64,000 nt of DNA from assembly GCA_947479455.1 (NCBI GenBank), contig CANJZE010000003.1, positions 20,956 through 84,955 of the forward strand. The letters run 5' to 3'. A model generated the notes under the pieces. It was not told where the DNA came from and did not search any database. It worked only from the letters and a program-made list of their open reading frames with translations. Origin of the DNA: Bacteroidota bacterium (GTDB lineage Bacteria; Bacteroidota; Bacteroidia; Chitinophagales; LD1). Numbering within the stretch: position 1 is the first letter of the stretch; each line of letters opens with the position of its first letter. The position numbers and the translations under genes are program-made. This document shows, in pieces, positions 10,915-19,915 of the stretch.

Positions 10915-11484
10915 AATCAATTTATTTAAAATTTTTAAAGGGGTTTGAAGTATATAAAGAAATAACGCTGAAAGCGCTATTATTTTTTTTGCTGATAAAA
11001 GAGGTGATGATTGGGTAATTGCAGAATTACCTTGAGGAGTAGAAATAGGATTCATAGCTGTGATTTTAAGTTTATATAAACAAATCAAAAACGCAATGAA
11101 TAGCATTTGGTAAAGCGTGTGGCGACATCGCCACTTCTACTTTGTGTTGGTCGTAAACAAATTCTAAAATATGTTTACCATAATGCCGGATGGTTCTTTA
11201 AAAACACAGCAACAAAAAATCTACAATTGATTTTTTTGTTATAACAGGGTTGTGCTTTATAATACTGAATCCTAAAAATAGTGTGTCGCTATTTCTGAAT
11301 GCCAATATATACTCTTATTTTTGAAATGTAAAGTAATGAGGCAAAAATTATTTTTTGGCCATTATTAGATTACTGATTATTTGTCTCTGTAAATAGCGGA
11401 GTTTCGTAAAAGCACACCTGTTGATAAATAATAGTTGTGAACCCCTGTGCAGGTGTTTCTTTGGGCTTCATATTTAAACAAAGT

Positions 11485-12660
11485 ATGAAAAAGTTTTGCA
11501 GCTCCTGCGGCAATCAACTTGAATTAAGCCAACGATATTGCAGCGAATGCGGTATTGTGAATCCGTTTTTTGTTCCCGCTTTTATTTTACTCTCCGATCA
11601 AAGCGATGTGCTCGAGAAACTGCGTATTGAAAAAGAAAAAATTGAAAAAGAATTGGCAGAAAAGGAGGAAAAGCAAGCTGAGTTTGTGCGTCAGGAAATG
11701 AATCGTAGAGAATTGGATGAGCACGACCGAAGAAGAAAAGAAATTTTGGAGAAGGAAATGATACTGCGCGACACGCTTGAACGAGAAAAGTTTGAAGCGA
11801 GTTTCAAAGAAGAGATTCTGCGAGTAAAAGAAGAAACAGAACAACACAAACAGGAAACGGTTGACATGTTGCGCCAAATGCGCGATGAAATTCAGCAACA
11901 GATAGAACAAGAGCATAATCGGCTGAAGCAAGAATTTGAATTGGTGAGAAAAGAACAACTTGTTCCGGAGCATGTAGATACAGCGGAACCGTCTTTAGCC
12001 AATGAGCCTGTTCAAAAGAAGAAGCCAAAGAGCAGTGGTGCTCTTCTATTATTGTTGGCAGTATTGACTGTTGGAATTGGCTTAGCCTACTTTTACTTCA
12101 CGAATATTTATACCAGCAGTTCAACTGTTTCGCAAAGTGCTGAAAAACCTTCCTCGACATTGGAGGAAACTCCAACGATCAATCATGATACATTATCAAT
12201 GGCAGAAAATGCTGCTGCCTCGGAAACAGCTTCTACAATTCCGCAGCCAATAGCCGAGGCAAGCCTTGCTGAAGCTAGTAACAATACCACTACGGAAGGA
12301 GTGAAGAAAGAAAATCGTAATTCAGTTCCTGTTACAAATACAGTTTATCACGAACCTTCTTTAACCAAACGCGAAACAGTTCCTGTACCTAGAGAAAGAA
12401 CACCCGCGATTAATGAATCAAAAGTGTTGAACGATTTGGTTGGGAAAAGAATTTCGGGATGTGGAGTTACTATCAATAGTTCAGATGAGGTGCAAGAGAT
12501 AAGTAACTTGGTTTTTGTAGAAACGTTGCCTTCGGGTTACAAAAAATATAAATTCAAAGCGAAGATTGAACAAGGAGGAGATTCATATAATGCTACGCCT
12601 TACATTTATTATTCGGCTGATGGAGGGTTTATAAAGATAGACGGCACTAATTGCGAATAA
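11485..12660 (+). CDS. Zinc-ribbon / coiled-coil single-pass membrane protein, function unknown
   Basis: The likely start is the internal ATG at 11485 (MKKFCSSCGNQLELSQRYCSECG, a CxxC...CxxC zinc ribbon). A long E/K/R/Q-rich coiled-coil follows, then a TM helix (ALLLLLAVLTVGIGLAYFYF), an S/T/E-rich linker and a small C-terminal domain. Confidence 0.6.
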   Translation: MKKFCSSCGNQLELSQRYCSECGIVNPFFVPAFILLSDQSDVLEKLRIEKEKIEKELAEKEEKQAEFVRQEMNRRELDEHDRRRKEILEKEMILRDTLEREKFEASFKEEILRVKEETEQHKQETVDMLRQMRDEIQQQIEQEHNRLKQEFELVRKEQLVPEHVDTAEPSLANEPVQKKKPKSSGALLLLLAVLTVGIGLAYFYFTNIYTSSSTVSQSAEKPSSTLEETPTINHDTLSMAENAAASETASTIPQPIAEASLAEASNNTTTEGVKKENRNSVPVTNTVYHEPSLTKRETVPVPRERTPAINESKVLNDLVGKRISGCGVTINSSDEVQEISNLVFVETLPSGYKKYKFKAKIEQGGDSYNATPYIYYSADGGFIKIDGTNCE

Positions 12661-12669
12661 CAACACTGC

Positions 12670-13911
12670 ATGAAAAAAAATCTACTATTTATTGTTCTAT
12701 CTGCCTTTTGCTTCTTTGGATTTTCGCAGGATTATTTGAACGGAAAACTGACCGATCCGCAGTGGGGAGCGCGCGAAATTTTATACGACCGAACTCAAAA
12801 CGGAATTACCTCTAATATTTTTCAAACCGTATACAAAGTGTTTGAAGAAAGCAAAACACAGATATACTCTATAACCGTAACCCACGATAGGCAAAAAGGA
12901 ATTATTCTTTTAGCCATAAAACAGACAACAGGAATTTCGAAAGGAAGCACGATTACTTACGATACAGACGAACACGGTTTAATCTTTACGAATAAAGGAA
13001 GTACAGATACTACGTTTGCAAAACCGATTTTCTATAAATATCTTCTATCATTTACTGATGCCGTAATGGATTATCCTGTTATTCATGCTGTAAAAACAGA
13101 TGATGGTAAGGTGATTGAGTTAGACCCTTTGAATAAGATTCGGTTGCGCAAACAACTTGAAGTAGTTAAAAAAATTGCCCCTCAACTTGCACTCTCAGTA
13201 AAGGAAAAACCGGAAAAGGCAACTGCCGTTACAGATGGCTTTACCGGAAATGCTTTCAATGATTATTTGTTTCTATTGCGCGATTCTGTTTACAGAATGA
13301 GCTATGATTTTACTCAACGTATTTCTGAAATGCGAAACACCATGAGTGTTGAAATTTCTAAACAATTCGGGAATCGCAAATTTGTGAGTGATGAAAAGAG
13401 CTATGCCGGTGATAAAAGAAGAGGTACCCCCGATGGTGCAGGATTGCTTGTTGAAAACGGAAATGTGTTTCAGGGAAACTTTATTGAAGGAATTTTTGCG
13501 GGTGGTGTGGCTTCAATAAATAATGATTTTTTTGAGTATTGCGGTGAATATAGTTTTGATACCATTAATGGTTTTGGTTGGTTGAAATATAAAAGTGGAA
13601 GTTATTTGCTTGGACAATTTAGTAATGGTGTATTGCAAAGTGGCACCTCTCTTTGGAAGGATAAAAACGGTGAAATGTACTTTGGTGGGGTCAAAAATAA
13701 TTTACGTAATGGTTATGGTGAATTGCGCAACTCAAATGGAGGTATGTACTGCGGGGAGTTTAAGGATGGAAAATTGGTAAAAGGATATTCGCGCGAGGTT
13801 GATCCTTTTGGCTACGCCACTTATTCAAGAATTGAAAGCAGAGGAAAATCGTCAGTTGATGCATCGGCAGCCGAAGATTTTTTCAGTTCTGTATTGAGTG
13901 CAGGAAATTAG
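12670..13911 (+). CDS. Secreted MORN-repeat protein
   Basis: Signal peptide MKKNLLFIVLSAFCFFGFSQ. C-terminal MORN-like repeats are present (YCGEYSFDTINGFGWLKYKSGSYLLGQFSNGVLQSG...YFGGVKNNLRNGYGELRNSNGGMYCGEFKDGKLVKG). Confidence 0.65.
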   Translation: MKKNLLFIVLSAFCFFGFSQDYLNGKLTDPQWGAREILYDRTQNGITSNIFQTVYKVFEESKTQIYSITVTHDRQKGIILLAIKQTTGISKGSTITYDTDEHGLIFTNKGSTDTTFAKPIFYKYLLSFTDAVMDYPVIHAVKTDDGKVIELDPLNKIRLRKQLEVVKKIAPQLALSVKEKPEKATAVTDGFTGNAFNDYLFLLRDSVYRMSYDFTQRISEMRNTMSVEISKQFGNRKFVSDEKSYAGDKRRGTPDGAGLLVENGNVFQGNFIEGIFAGGVASINNDFFEYCGEYSFDTINGFGWLKYKSGSYLLGQFSNGVLQSGTSLWKDKNGEMYFGGVKNNLRNGYGELRNSNGGMYCGEFKDGKLVKGYSREVDPFGYATYSRIESRGKSSVDASAAEDFFSSVLSAGN

Positions 13912-13924
13912 TTGGAGCACTAAA

Positions 13925-14863
13925 CTAATTAATAAAAAACTTCATCACCTCAGGTTGCACCTGCATTAATTTTTCCATCATGGGCACGTGTCCACATGAA
14001 TCGTAAACAATGAGTTCACTGCCTTTTATATCCTGATGAAAGCGTTCGGCATATTCCGCATGAACTATTTTATCCTGCTTGCCCCAAAAGATTAAAGTAG
14101 GACAACTGATGTTATGTATTTTATTTTCATCAAAAGGCTCGGTTGCATTTGCCATTTCTACGATGTGCTTTAAATTTCCTTCTCTATTCCAGAAACTGTT
14201 TACACGAGTAATTTTTTCATCGGTAATCATTTTATGGTCAAAGGCAACGCGGCTGATTCCGGCAGCAGTCATAAACTTTGGTATTCCTCGTTTAACAAAC
14301 TGTTTTACCGGCCATAAGCGAAAGAAATCGGCATTTGCTGTTTTCATTACTTCTTTTAAATCGTATCCGGCACTGTTAAACAAAATCAGCTTTTTTACTT
14401 TATCAGGATGCTGAGAAGTAAGTTCAATGGACATTAAACCACCTAACGAATTACCCATTACATAACAAGAGTCAATGTGCAAGGTATCGAGCAAAAAATT
14501 AAAGTACTCGGCATAAGCATCATGAAAATTTGTTTTGCCATATGCGAAAGGAAAGTCAGAAAGACCAAAGCCTGGCAAATCAATTCGGTAAACGTGATAC
14601 CTATGATTGATAAGTGAATCGAGCGCATAAAAATCTCTACTGCTGCCACCATAACCGTGAATCATGAGCACCGTCATGTTGCTATCGTTTCCGTTTTCTG
14701 TATAGTGTAGTTCACCACCTTTCCAGGCAAGAAAATGAGAATTGGGCAAACTGTATTTTGCCTTCACTTCTGTTTTGGATAACGTAAGATTTGGTCGAAA
14801 AAAAAGTAACAGCAAAAGTGCCGTTACCAGCACCACAAAAAAGAGAATGAGTTTACGAAGCAT
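13925..14863 (-). CDS. Alpha/beta-fold hydrolase
   Basis: N-terminal TM/signal, an HGYGGS oxyanion-type motif, the nucleophile elbow GNSLGG, and a C-terminal ...SCGHVPMME histidine region. Confidence 0.85.
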   Translation of the reverse strand: MLRKLILFFVVLVTALLLLLFFRPNLTLSKTEVKAKYSLPNSHFLAWKGGELHYTENGNDSNMTVLMIHGYGGSSRDFYALDSLINHRYHVYRIDLPGFGLSDFPFAYGKTNFHDAYAEYFNFLLDTLHIDSCYVMGNSLGGLMSIELTSQHPDKVKKLILFNSAGYDLKEVMKTANADFFRLWPVKQFVKRGIPKFMTAAGISRVAFDHKMITDEKITRVNSFWNREGNLKHIVEMANATEPFDENKIHNISCPTLIFWGKQDKIVHAEYAERFHQDIKGSELIVYDSCGHVPMMEKLMQVQPEVMKFFIN

Positions 14864-14985
14864 GGTAAAAATTTTGATGGGCGAAGATGGTTTTTTTGTG
14901 TTTTGTTATTACTCAATTTGAAACCACCGAAATTATTTTACGAAACCTATATTGCAGGCACAAAATTGAACACACCCTTTTACTC

Positions 14986-16488
14986 ATGAGCACCCAAGTT
15001 TTATTATTCAATCCTCGCGCTACCAACTACAAAGCACGAATACCAAATTCGGTGTTGCAGGTGGCTGCAAGTATTGATGGCAAATACGATTGGGTAATAG
15101 TAGACGGCAATGCAGAGGTAAATGCCGAGCAGAAAATCATAGCGTATTTAGAAACAGGTAAGTTCAAATACTTCGGCTGCACGGTAATGCCAGGTCCTCA
15201 ATTGAAACAGGCAATTTTAGTAACGAAGAAAGTGGCTGAACTTTTTCCTGACGTAAAAATTATTTGGGGAGGATACTTTGCAGCTAATCAATACAAAGTG
15301 GTTATTAATTCGGGTTGGGTAGATGCTATCATCAATGGTCCAGGTGATGTTGCCTTTCCTAAATTAATTGAAGCATTTGAAAATGGCTCAACGCTTGATT
15401 CGATTCATAATATCATTTTTAAAAAAGGAAATGAAATCATAATCACTGCTAAAGATGCTTTGTTAGAGCAAGACACTCTTCCCGATTTGCCTTACGAAAA
15501 ACTAAACCGTTTTCATTCGCTCGAAAAATATTTAGGTAAAAGTTATTTGGGTAAAAAGACCATTGCCTATCACAGTAGTTTTGGTTGTCCGTTCACCTGT
15601 TCGTTTTGCGCTGTGGTTCCTATTTACGAAGCCAAATGGAAGGGACAATCGTCAGAAAAAATTTATCGGCATATTAAATACCTCAAAGAAAACTTTGGGG
15701 CTGATGCGATTGAGTTTCACGACAACAATTTTTTTGTAAGCGAAAAACGCACGGTTGAATTTGCACAACTGATGAAGAACGAAAACATGGTTTGGTGGGG
15801 TGAAGGACGAATAGATACCCTGGATAAATACAAGGATGAATCGCTTATGCAGATTCGCGAAGCCGGTTGCAAAATGATTTTTTTTGGTGCTGAAACAGGC
15901 AACGATGAAATTTTAAAGAAGATGGATAAGGGCGGTAAGCAAACAGGCGCACAAATTCTTTCGTTTGCAGCGCGCATGAAAAAGTTCAACATCATTCCCG
16001 AATATTCTTTTGTGCTAGGTACTCCGGCAGATACTCCACAGCAAGTGATGAAACAAATTGATGAAGACATCGCTTTCATCATGAAAGTGAAAGAAGCCAA
16101 TCCTGATACCGAGATTATCATTTACGTTTACAGCCCTGTGCCAACTGAAGGTTCCGAAATGTATAAACAGGTTTTGAAAAGCGGTTTTCGCTTTCCCGAA
16201 AAATTAGATGACTGGTTGAGCGATACTTGGCAAAACTTTGATTTGCGTAAGAACCCGCTCACGCCTTGGCTCACTCCTGAAATGATTGACAAAATCAAAA
16301 ACTTTGAAACGGTGTTGAACGGATATTATCCTACCGTTTCAGATATTCGAATGAACTCTTCACAACGTAAATTGATACGAACTGTTTCGAGTATTCGCTA
16401 CAAGAACAAATGGTATAGTTATCCCTACGAAGTGAAAGTGTTGCAGAAATTGTGGAAGTATCGTCAACCCGAAACCGAAGGTTTTTAG
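14986..16488 (+). CDS. B12-binding-domain radical SAM protein
   Basis: CxxxCxxC cluster motif FGCPFTCSFCAV. The N-terminal region resembles a B12-binding Rossmann fold. The likely start is the internal ATG at 14986 (MSTQVLLFNPRA), not the track start at 14887. Confidence 0.85.
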   Translation: MSTQVLLFNPRATNYKARIPNSVLQVAASIDGKYDWVIVDGNAEVNAEQKIIAYLETGKFKYFGCTVMPGPQLKQAILVTKKVAELFPDVKIIWGGYFAANQYKVVINSGWVDAIINGPGDVAFPKLIEAFENGSTLDSIHNIIFKKGNEIIITAKDALLEQDTLPDLPYEKLNRFHSLEKYLGKSYLGKKTIAYHSSFGCPFTCSFCAVVPIYEAKWKGQSSEKIYRHIKYLKENFGADAIEFHDNNFFVSEKRTVEFAQLMKNENMVWWGEGRIDTLDKYKDESLMQIREAGCKMIFFGAETGNDEILKKMDKGGKQTGAQILSFAARMKKFNIIPEYSFVLGTPADTPQQVMKQIDEDIAFIMKVKEANPDTEIIIYVYSPVPTEGSEMYKQVLKSGFRFPEKLDDWLSDTWQNFDLRKNPLTPWLTPEMIDKIKNFETVLNGYYPTVSDIRMNSSQRKLIRTVSSIRYKNKWYSYPYEVKVLQKLWKYRQPETEGF

Positions 16489-16489
16489 A

Positions 16490-17152
16490 ATGAAAAAGCT
16501 GCTGCGCAAATTTTTTTTTCTTTTCTATAAGCCTTATGCCATCTTCCTTATTTCGAAAGATAATACCTATCGCTACAAAAATTTTTTGCTACAGATTCCA
16601 AAAGGTGTTTTTCATCCGGGGCTTTTCTTCAGCACTCATTTCTTAATTCGTGAAATGGAAACGATTGAATTAAGCGGAAAGAAATTTCTTGAACTAGGTT
16701 GCGGTAGTGGCTTAATCAGTTTAGTAGCTGCTTCAAAAAATGCCAACGTAACTTCATCAGATATAAATCCTTTAGCAGTAGAAACTGCAAGCACTAATGC
16801 TGTTGCAAACAACCTGAAGATTAGAACGATTGTGTCAGACTTGTTTCAAAACCTGCCAAACGAAACCTTCGATTACATCATTATCAATCCGCCATTCTTT
16901 AAACGAAATCCCAAAACAGATGCTGATAAAGCGTGGTTTGCAGGAGAGGAACTGGAATATTTTCAAAAACTATTTCAGCAGTTAACAAATCATTTTACAC
17001 CAACCACAGTTTGCCTAATGGTGTTGAGCGAAGATTGTGATGTGCAAGGAATAGAGAAAATTGCTGTAACAAATAATCTCAAATTACTTCTTCGCAAAAA
17101 AGAAACAATCTGGTTCGAAGAGAATTTCATTTATGAAATTCATACGGCATAA
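16490..17152 (+). CDS. Class I SAM-dependent methyltransferase (HemK/PrmC-like small-domain type)
   Basis: Motif I LELGCGSGLISLVAA and motif IV IIINPPF. The ATG lies 1 nt after the radical-SAM stop, which suggests co-transcription. Confidence 0.8.
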   Translation: MKKLLRKFFFLFYKPYAIFLISKDNTYRYKNFLLQIPKGVFHPGLFFSTHFLIREMETIELSGKKFLELGCGSGLISLVAASKNANVTSSDINPLAVETASTNAVANNLKIRTIVSDLFQNLPNETFDYIIINPPFFKRNPKTDADKAWFAGEELEYFQKLFQQLTNHFTPTTVCLMVLSEDCDVQGIEKIAVTNNLKLLLRKKETIWFEENFIYEIHTA

Positions 17153-17262
17153 AGATTTCTTAGGCGAAATGTCATGCATAACTTCTCAAAGCATTTTCAA
17201 GTTTCCTCAGTTGATTCTTTGAAAATGAAAAATACATTTGCGCCCTGTTCTAATTATTTATT

Positions 17263-17302
17263 GGGGAATTAGCTCATTTGGCTAGAGCGCTTGCATGGCA
17301 TG
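17263..17302 (+). other. attL: truncated 5' half of tRNA-Ala(GGC), acceptor through anticodon loop only
   Basis: GGGGAATTAGCTCATTTGGCTAGAGCGCTTGCATGGCATG matches 36333-36372 at 38 of 40 positions. The sequence then diverges into non-tRNA sequence with no T-arm. Confidence 0.85.
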
Positions 17303-17412
17303 TAGAAATAACCGAACCCCAGTTGATAGTAGTAGTTCGCAGTTACTCTGAAAACAAAATTGTTTTTGCGGTTCGTTCGCAGTTACAACGAGTTGAAAGT
17401 AGTTATGCGGGC

Positions 17413-17438
17413 TAAATGTTTGACCAAATCAACGACCA
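17413..17438 (+). repeat. 26-bp perfect direct repeat, copy 1 (candidate arm-type recombinase site)
   Basis: TAAATGTTTGACCAAATCAACGACCA, identical to 36261-36286. It lies just upstream of the integrase ATG. Confidence 0.85.
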
Positions 17439-17450
17439 AAAACTACTATC

Positions 17451-18800
17451 ATGAAAAAGCTAAGAGCGTTTGCCTCCATCACTGCTATTCTAAGAACAAA
17501 CAGAAAAAATAAATATGGAGAATACACTGTTTGCATAAGGATAACTAAGGACAGAAAGGTATCCCTTCTCTCAACTCCATATTCTTCACCAAAAAAATAT
17601 TGGGATAATAAAATTCAACGCCCTAATGGGAAGCATTATGATGTTGATGAACTGGATAAGTATCTTGACGATACAATCTCTGAATTCAAAAAAATAATGA
17701 AAGAACTTTCTGCTACGGAAGATTACTATTCTGCAAAGCAGGTTGTTGATATTTATAGTGCAAGAAATCAACCCTCTGTAAAAACATCTGCACAACCCGA
17801 AATTACGTTCAAGGAATTTTATGAAAAACTTCTTAATAGAATGGAGAAAAAGGGGCAATACAAAACAAGGGAAACATATATTGCTTCTGTTGCTTGGTTA
17901 AACAAATTCAAAAAACTAGAAGACATACTGTTTACAGATTTGACCCTTACCTTTTTTGAGGAATTACTAGCCTTTATGATTAGTAAAAAAGAAGAAGAGG
18001 AAAAACCTCCGTTCAAACCAAGTACATTATTTGGCTACTTTAAAAACTACTTGGCAATAATGAGCAAGGCAGTTGCTGAAAATATAATTACACCCTCTTG
18101 CACTAATTATAAAGGATTTAAACTGTCGCAGTTTAAAGTAGCGGTAAATCTAATTGCTATTCCTGCTAGTCAAATGGTCGATATTATGACCTTGAAACTT
18201 CAGCCTAATACATCAATATGGAATAGCAGAAATTATATTGTCTTTAGTTTTTTAAGTAGCGGAATAAACTTGGTGGATATGGCAAAGCTTAAGAAAGAAA
18301 ATCTCCGTGATAGTAGAATCGAGTATATAAGGTCGAAAACTGGTGAACGGTGCGTATTTAAATTAAATCCTAAAACGGAAGAAATTCTTAAATTTTACGA
18401 GGGATACACTCACGCTGATTATCTATTTCCTATTCTTCTAAAAGATTATTCTAAAAAGCAACTCCATAACAGAGTAAAAACCGTTTCGCGAATTGTGAAC
18501 AAAGACCTTAAAGAAATTGCCCGCCAATGCAGGATAGAAAGCAACCTAACGTTTTATGTAGGACGACATACTTGTGCAACAGAACTAAAATACTCGGGGA
18601 TTCCTGATAGCGCAATTGGTGAAGGTTTTGGACATGGTTCATCTAAGTCAATAAAGAATTATCTTAAACGATTACCTGATAAAAACATTGATTTGCTTAG
18701 TGATATTCTTTACCAAAAGATAATGACCCCAAAATGTGGTGCCGATTCCGCTAAAAAAACGGTTAGAAAATTAAAGCGACCACTCGTTAAAGCAAAATAG
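17451..18800 (+). CDS. Tyrosine site-specific integrase (Bacteroidota arm-binding-domain type)
   Basis: N-terminal KNKYGEYTVCIRITKDRKVSLLST resembles Bacteroidota integrase arm-binding domains. The C-terminal catalytic region has FYVGRHTCATELKYSG (HxxR) and GHGSSKSIKNYLK (His...Tyr). The gene sits next to the att repeat. Confidence 0.85.
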   Translation: MKKLRAFASITAILRTNRKNKYGEYTVCIRITKDRKVSLLSTPYSSPKKYWDNKIQRPNGKHYDVDELDKYLDDTISEFKKIMKELSATEDYYSAKQVVDIYSARNQPSVKTSAQPEITFKEFYEKLLNRMEKKGQYKTRETYIASVAWLNKFKKLEDILFTDLTLTFFEELLAFMISKKEEEEKPPFKPSTLFGYFKNYLAIMSKAVAENIITPSCTNYKGFKLSQFKVAVNLIAIPASQMVDIMTLKLQPNTSIWNSRNYIVFSFLSSGINLVDMAKLKKENLRDSRIEYIRSKTGERCVFKLNPKTEEILKFYEGYTHADYLFPILLKDYSKKQLHNRVKTVSRIVNKDLKEIARQCRIESNLTFYVGRHTCATELKYSGIPDSAIGEGFGHGSSKSIKNYLKRLPDKNIDLLSDILYQKIMTPKCGADSAKKTVRKLKRPLVKAK

Positions 18801-18959
18801 CTAATAATCGATACAGAAACTAAAGACCCTTGCCGAATAAGGGTTTCAGCGAATCGGGCAACAAATTGGCAACAAAATGTGTCAATAGAAAATAATTTAA
18901 AGCAACACAAAGAAACTTAATTAGCCATAATATAGTGACGGTATTGAGATGAAGTCATT

Positions 18960-19871
18960 TTATACAAGCCCGTTTATTAAATGCCTTATGTCAAACATCT
19001 GTATTACAGTTCTGTTTGTTGTTACACAAAATACCCTTACTGTCAAGATGCCATTGCTGTCAATCGAATGGGTATGAATAAATTTTGCCATTCCTTTCAT
19101 CATAGGAGGAATTTCATCAAAACTGAAATAGCCGATTGGTTGGTTGATGGAACTTATATGGCTTTCTCCGAATCGAATATCATTTGAGATGGAAATTTGG
19201 TTATCAAATGATGTAGTGATGGTAGAATATTTTTTCTCCGTTGGTATTTTTGAGTTTTTGGGTATCATTATTGTAAACTTATCGTCTTTCATCCCTTGAC
19301 CTATTGAGTTTTTTAAAGTCAATTCAGACCCAACAAAATCACTTCTGCTTTTAATAATTATATCTTCATCAGAAGCTAATTGGGCATCCTCTACTATTGT
19401 AATTTGTTGTGTATCTGTACTTGCATCATCCTTAACCGTTGAAACAAGTTTACATTCTTCTGTTAGCCTTTTAAAGTCAAGGAGAAATTCGTTTGCAACA
19501 GATTCATCTTTGATTATTGTGATGTTCTCTTGATTTTTATTCTCCGCAAAGTATGTCCAATTGTAAGAACCATTTATAACTGTTGCTTTATCAATTACGC
19601 AATACTTATTGTGCATCGGATTTTCAATATCACCGAAATAGAACTTACCACCTAAGTCAATAAATTTTTGGAAGTTCAATCCATCAGGCTTGTTATTTAT
19701 AGCATCGTTCAGAACGATTAGATTGATTTTAACTTCGGGTAACATATCACACAATACATCGAACAATTCATTGCTCGTAAACCAACAGACAGCGACATTG
19801 ATTTCCGCCTTTGCAGATTTCAATTCTTTTATAATCTCTTGACGTATGTCTTTGAAAAATGGTTTTATCAT
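18960..19871 (-). CDS. PLD-family (single HKD) nuclease domain fused to an Hsp70/DnaK-like substrate-binding beta-domain
   Basis: N-terminal HKD motif MHNKYCVIDKATVINGSYNWT (H.K....D......GS.N). The C-terminal ~110 aa align by eye to the DnaK SBD-beta: IMIPKNSKIPTEKKYSTITTSFDNQISISNDIRFGESHISSINQPIGYFSFDEIPPMMKGMAKFIHTHSIDSNGILTV against [76 protein letters not shown]. Confidence 0.7.
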   Translation of the reverse strand: MIKPFFKDIRQEIIKELKSAKAEINVAVCWFTSNELFDVLCDMLPEVKINLIVLNDAINNKPDGLNFQKFIDLGGKFYFGDIENPMHNKYCVIDKATVINGSYNWTYFAENKNQENITIIKDESVANEFLLDFKRLTEECKLVSTVKDDASTDTQQITIVEDAQLASDEDIIIKSRSDFVGSELTLKNSIGQGMKDDKFTIMIPKNSKIPTEKKYSTITTSFDNQISISNDIRFGESHISSINQPIGYFSFDEIPPMMKGMAKFIHTHSIDSNGILTVRVFCVTTNRTVIQMFDIRHLINGLV

Positions 19872-19915
19872 TTGAGTTTGCGGATACTATTCTACCAATG
19901 TTATAGTTGCTTCGC

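Noticed and set aside
11587-12028. Two minus-strand ORFs (128 and 74 aa) opposite the coiled-coil gene
   Set aside because: They are the reverse complement of GAA/AAG-rich coiled-coil coding sequence, which gives Phe/Leu-rich nonsense.
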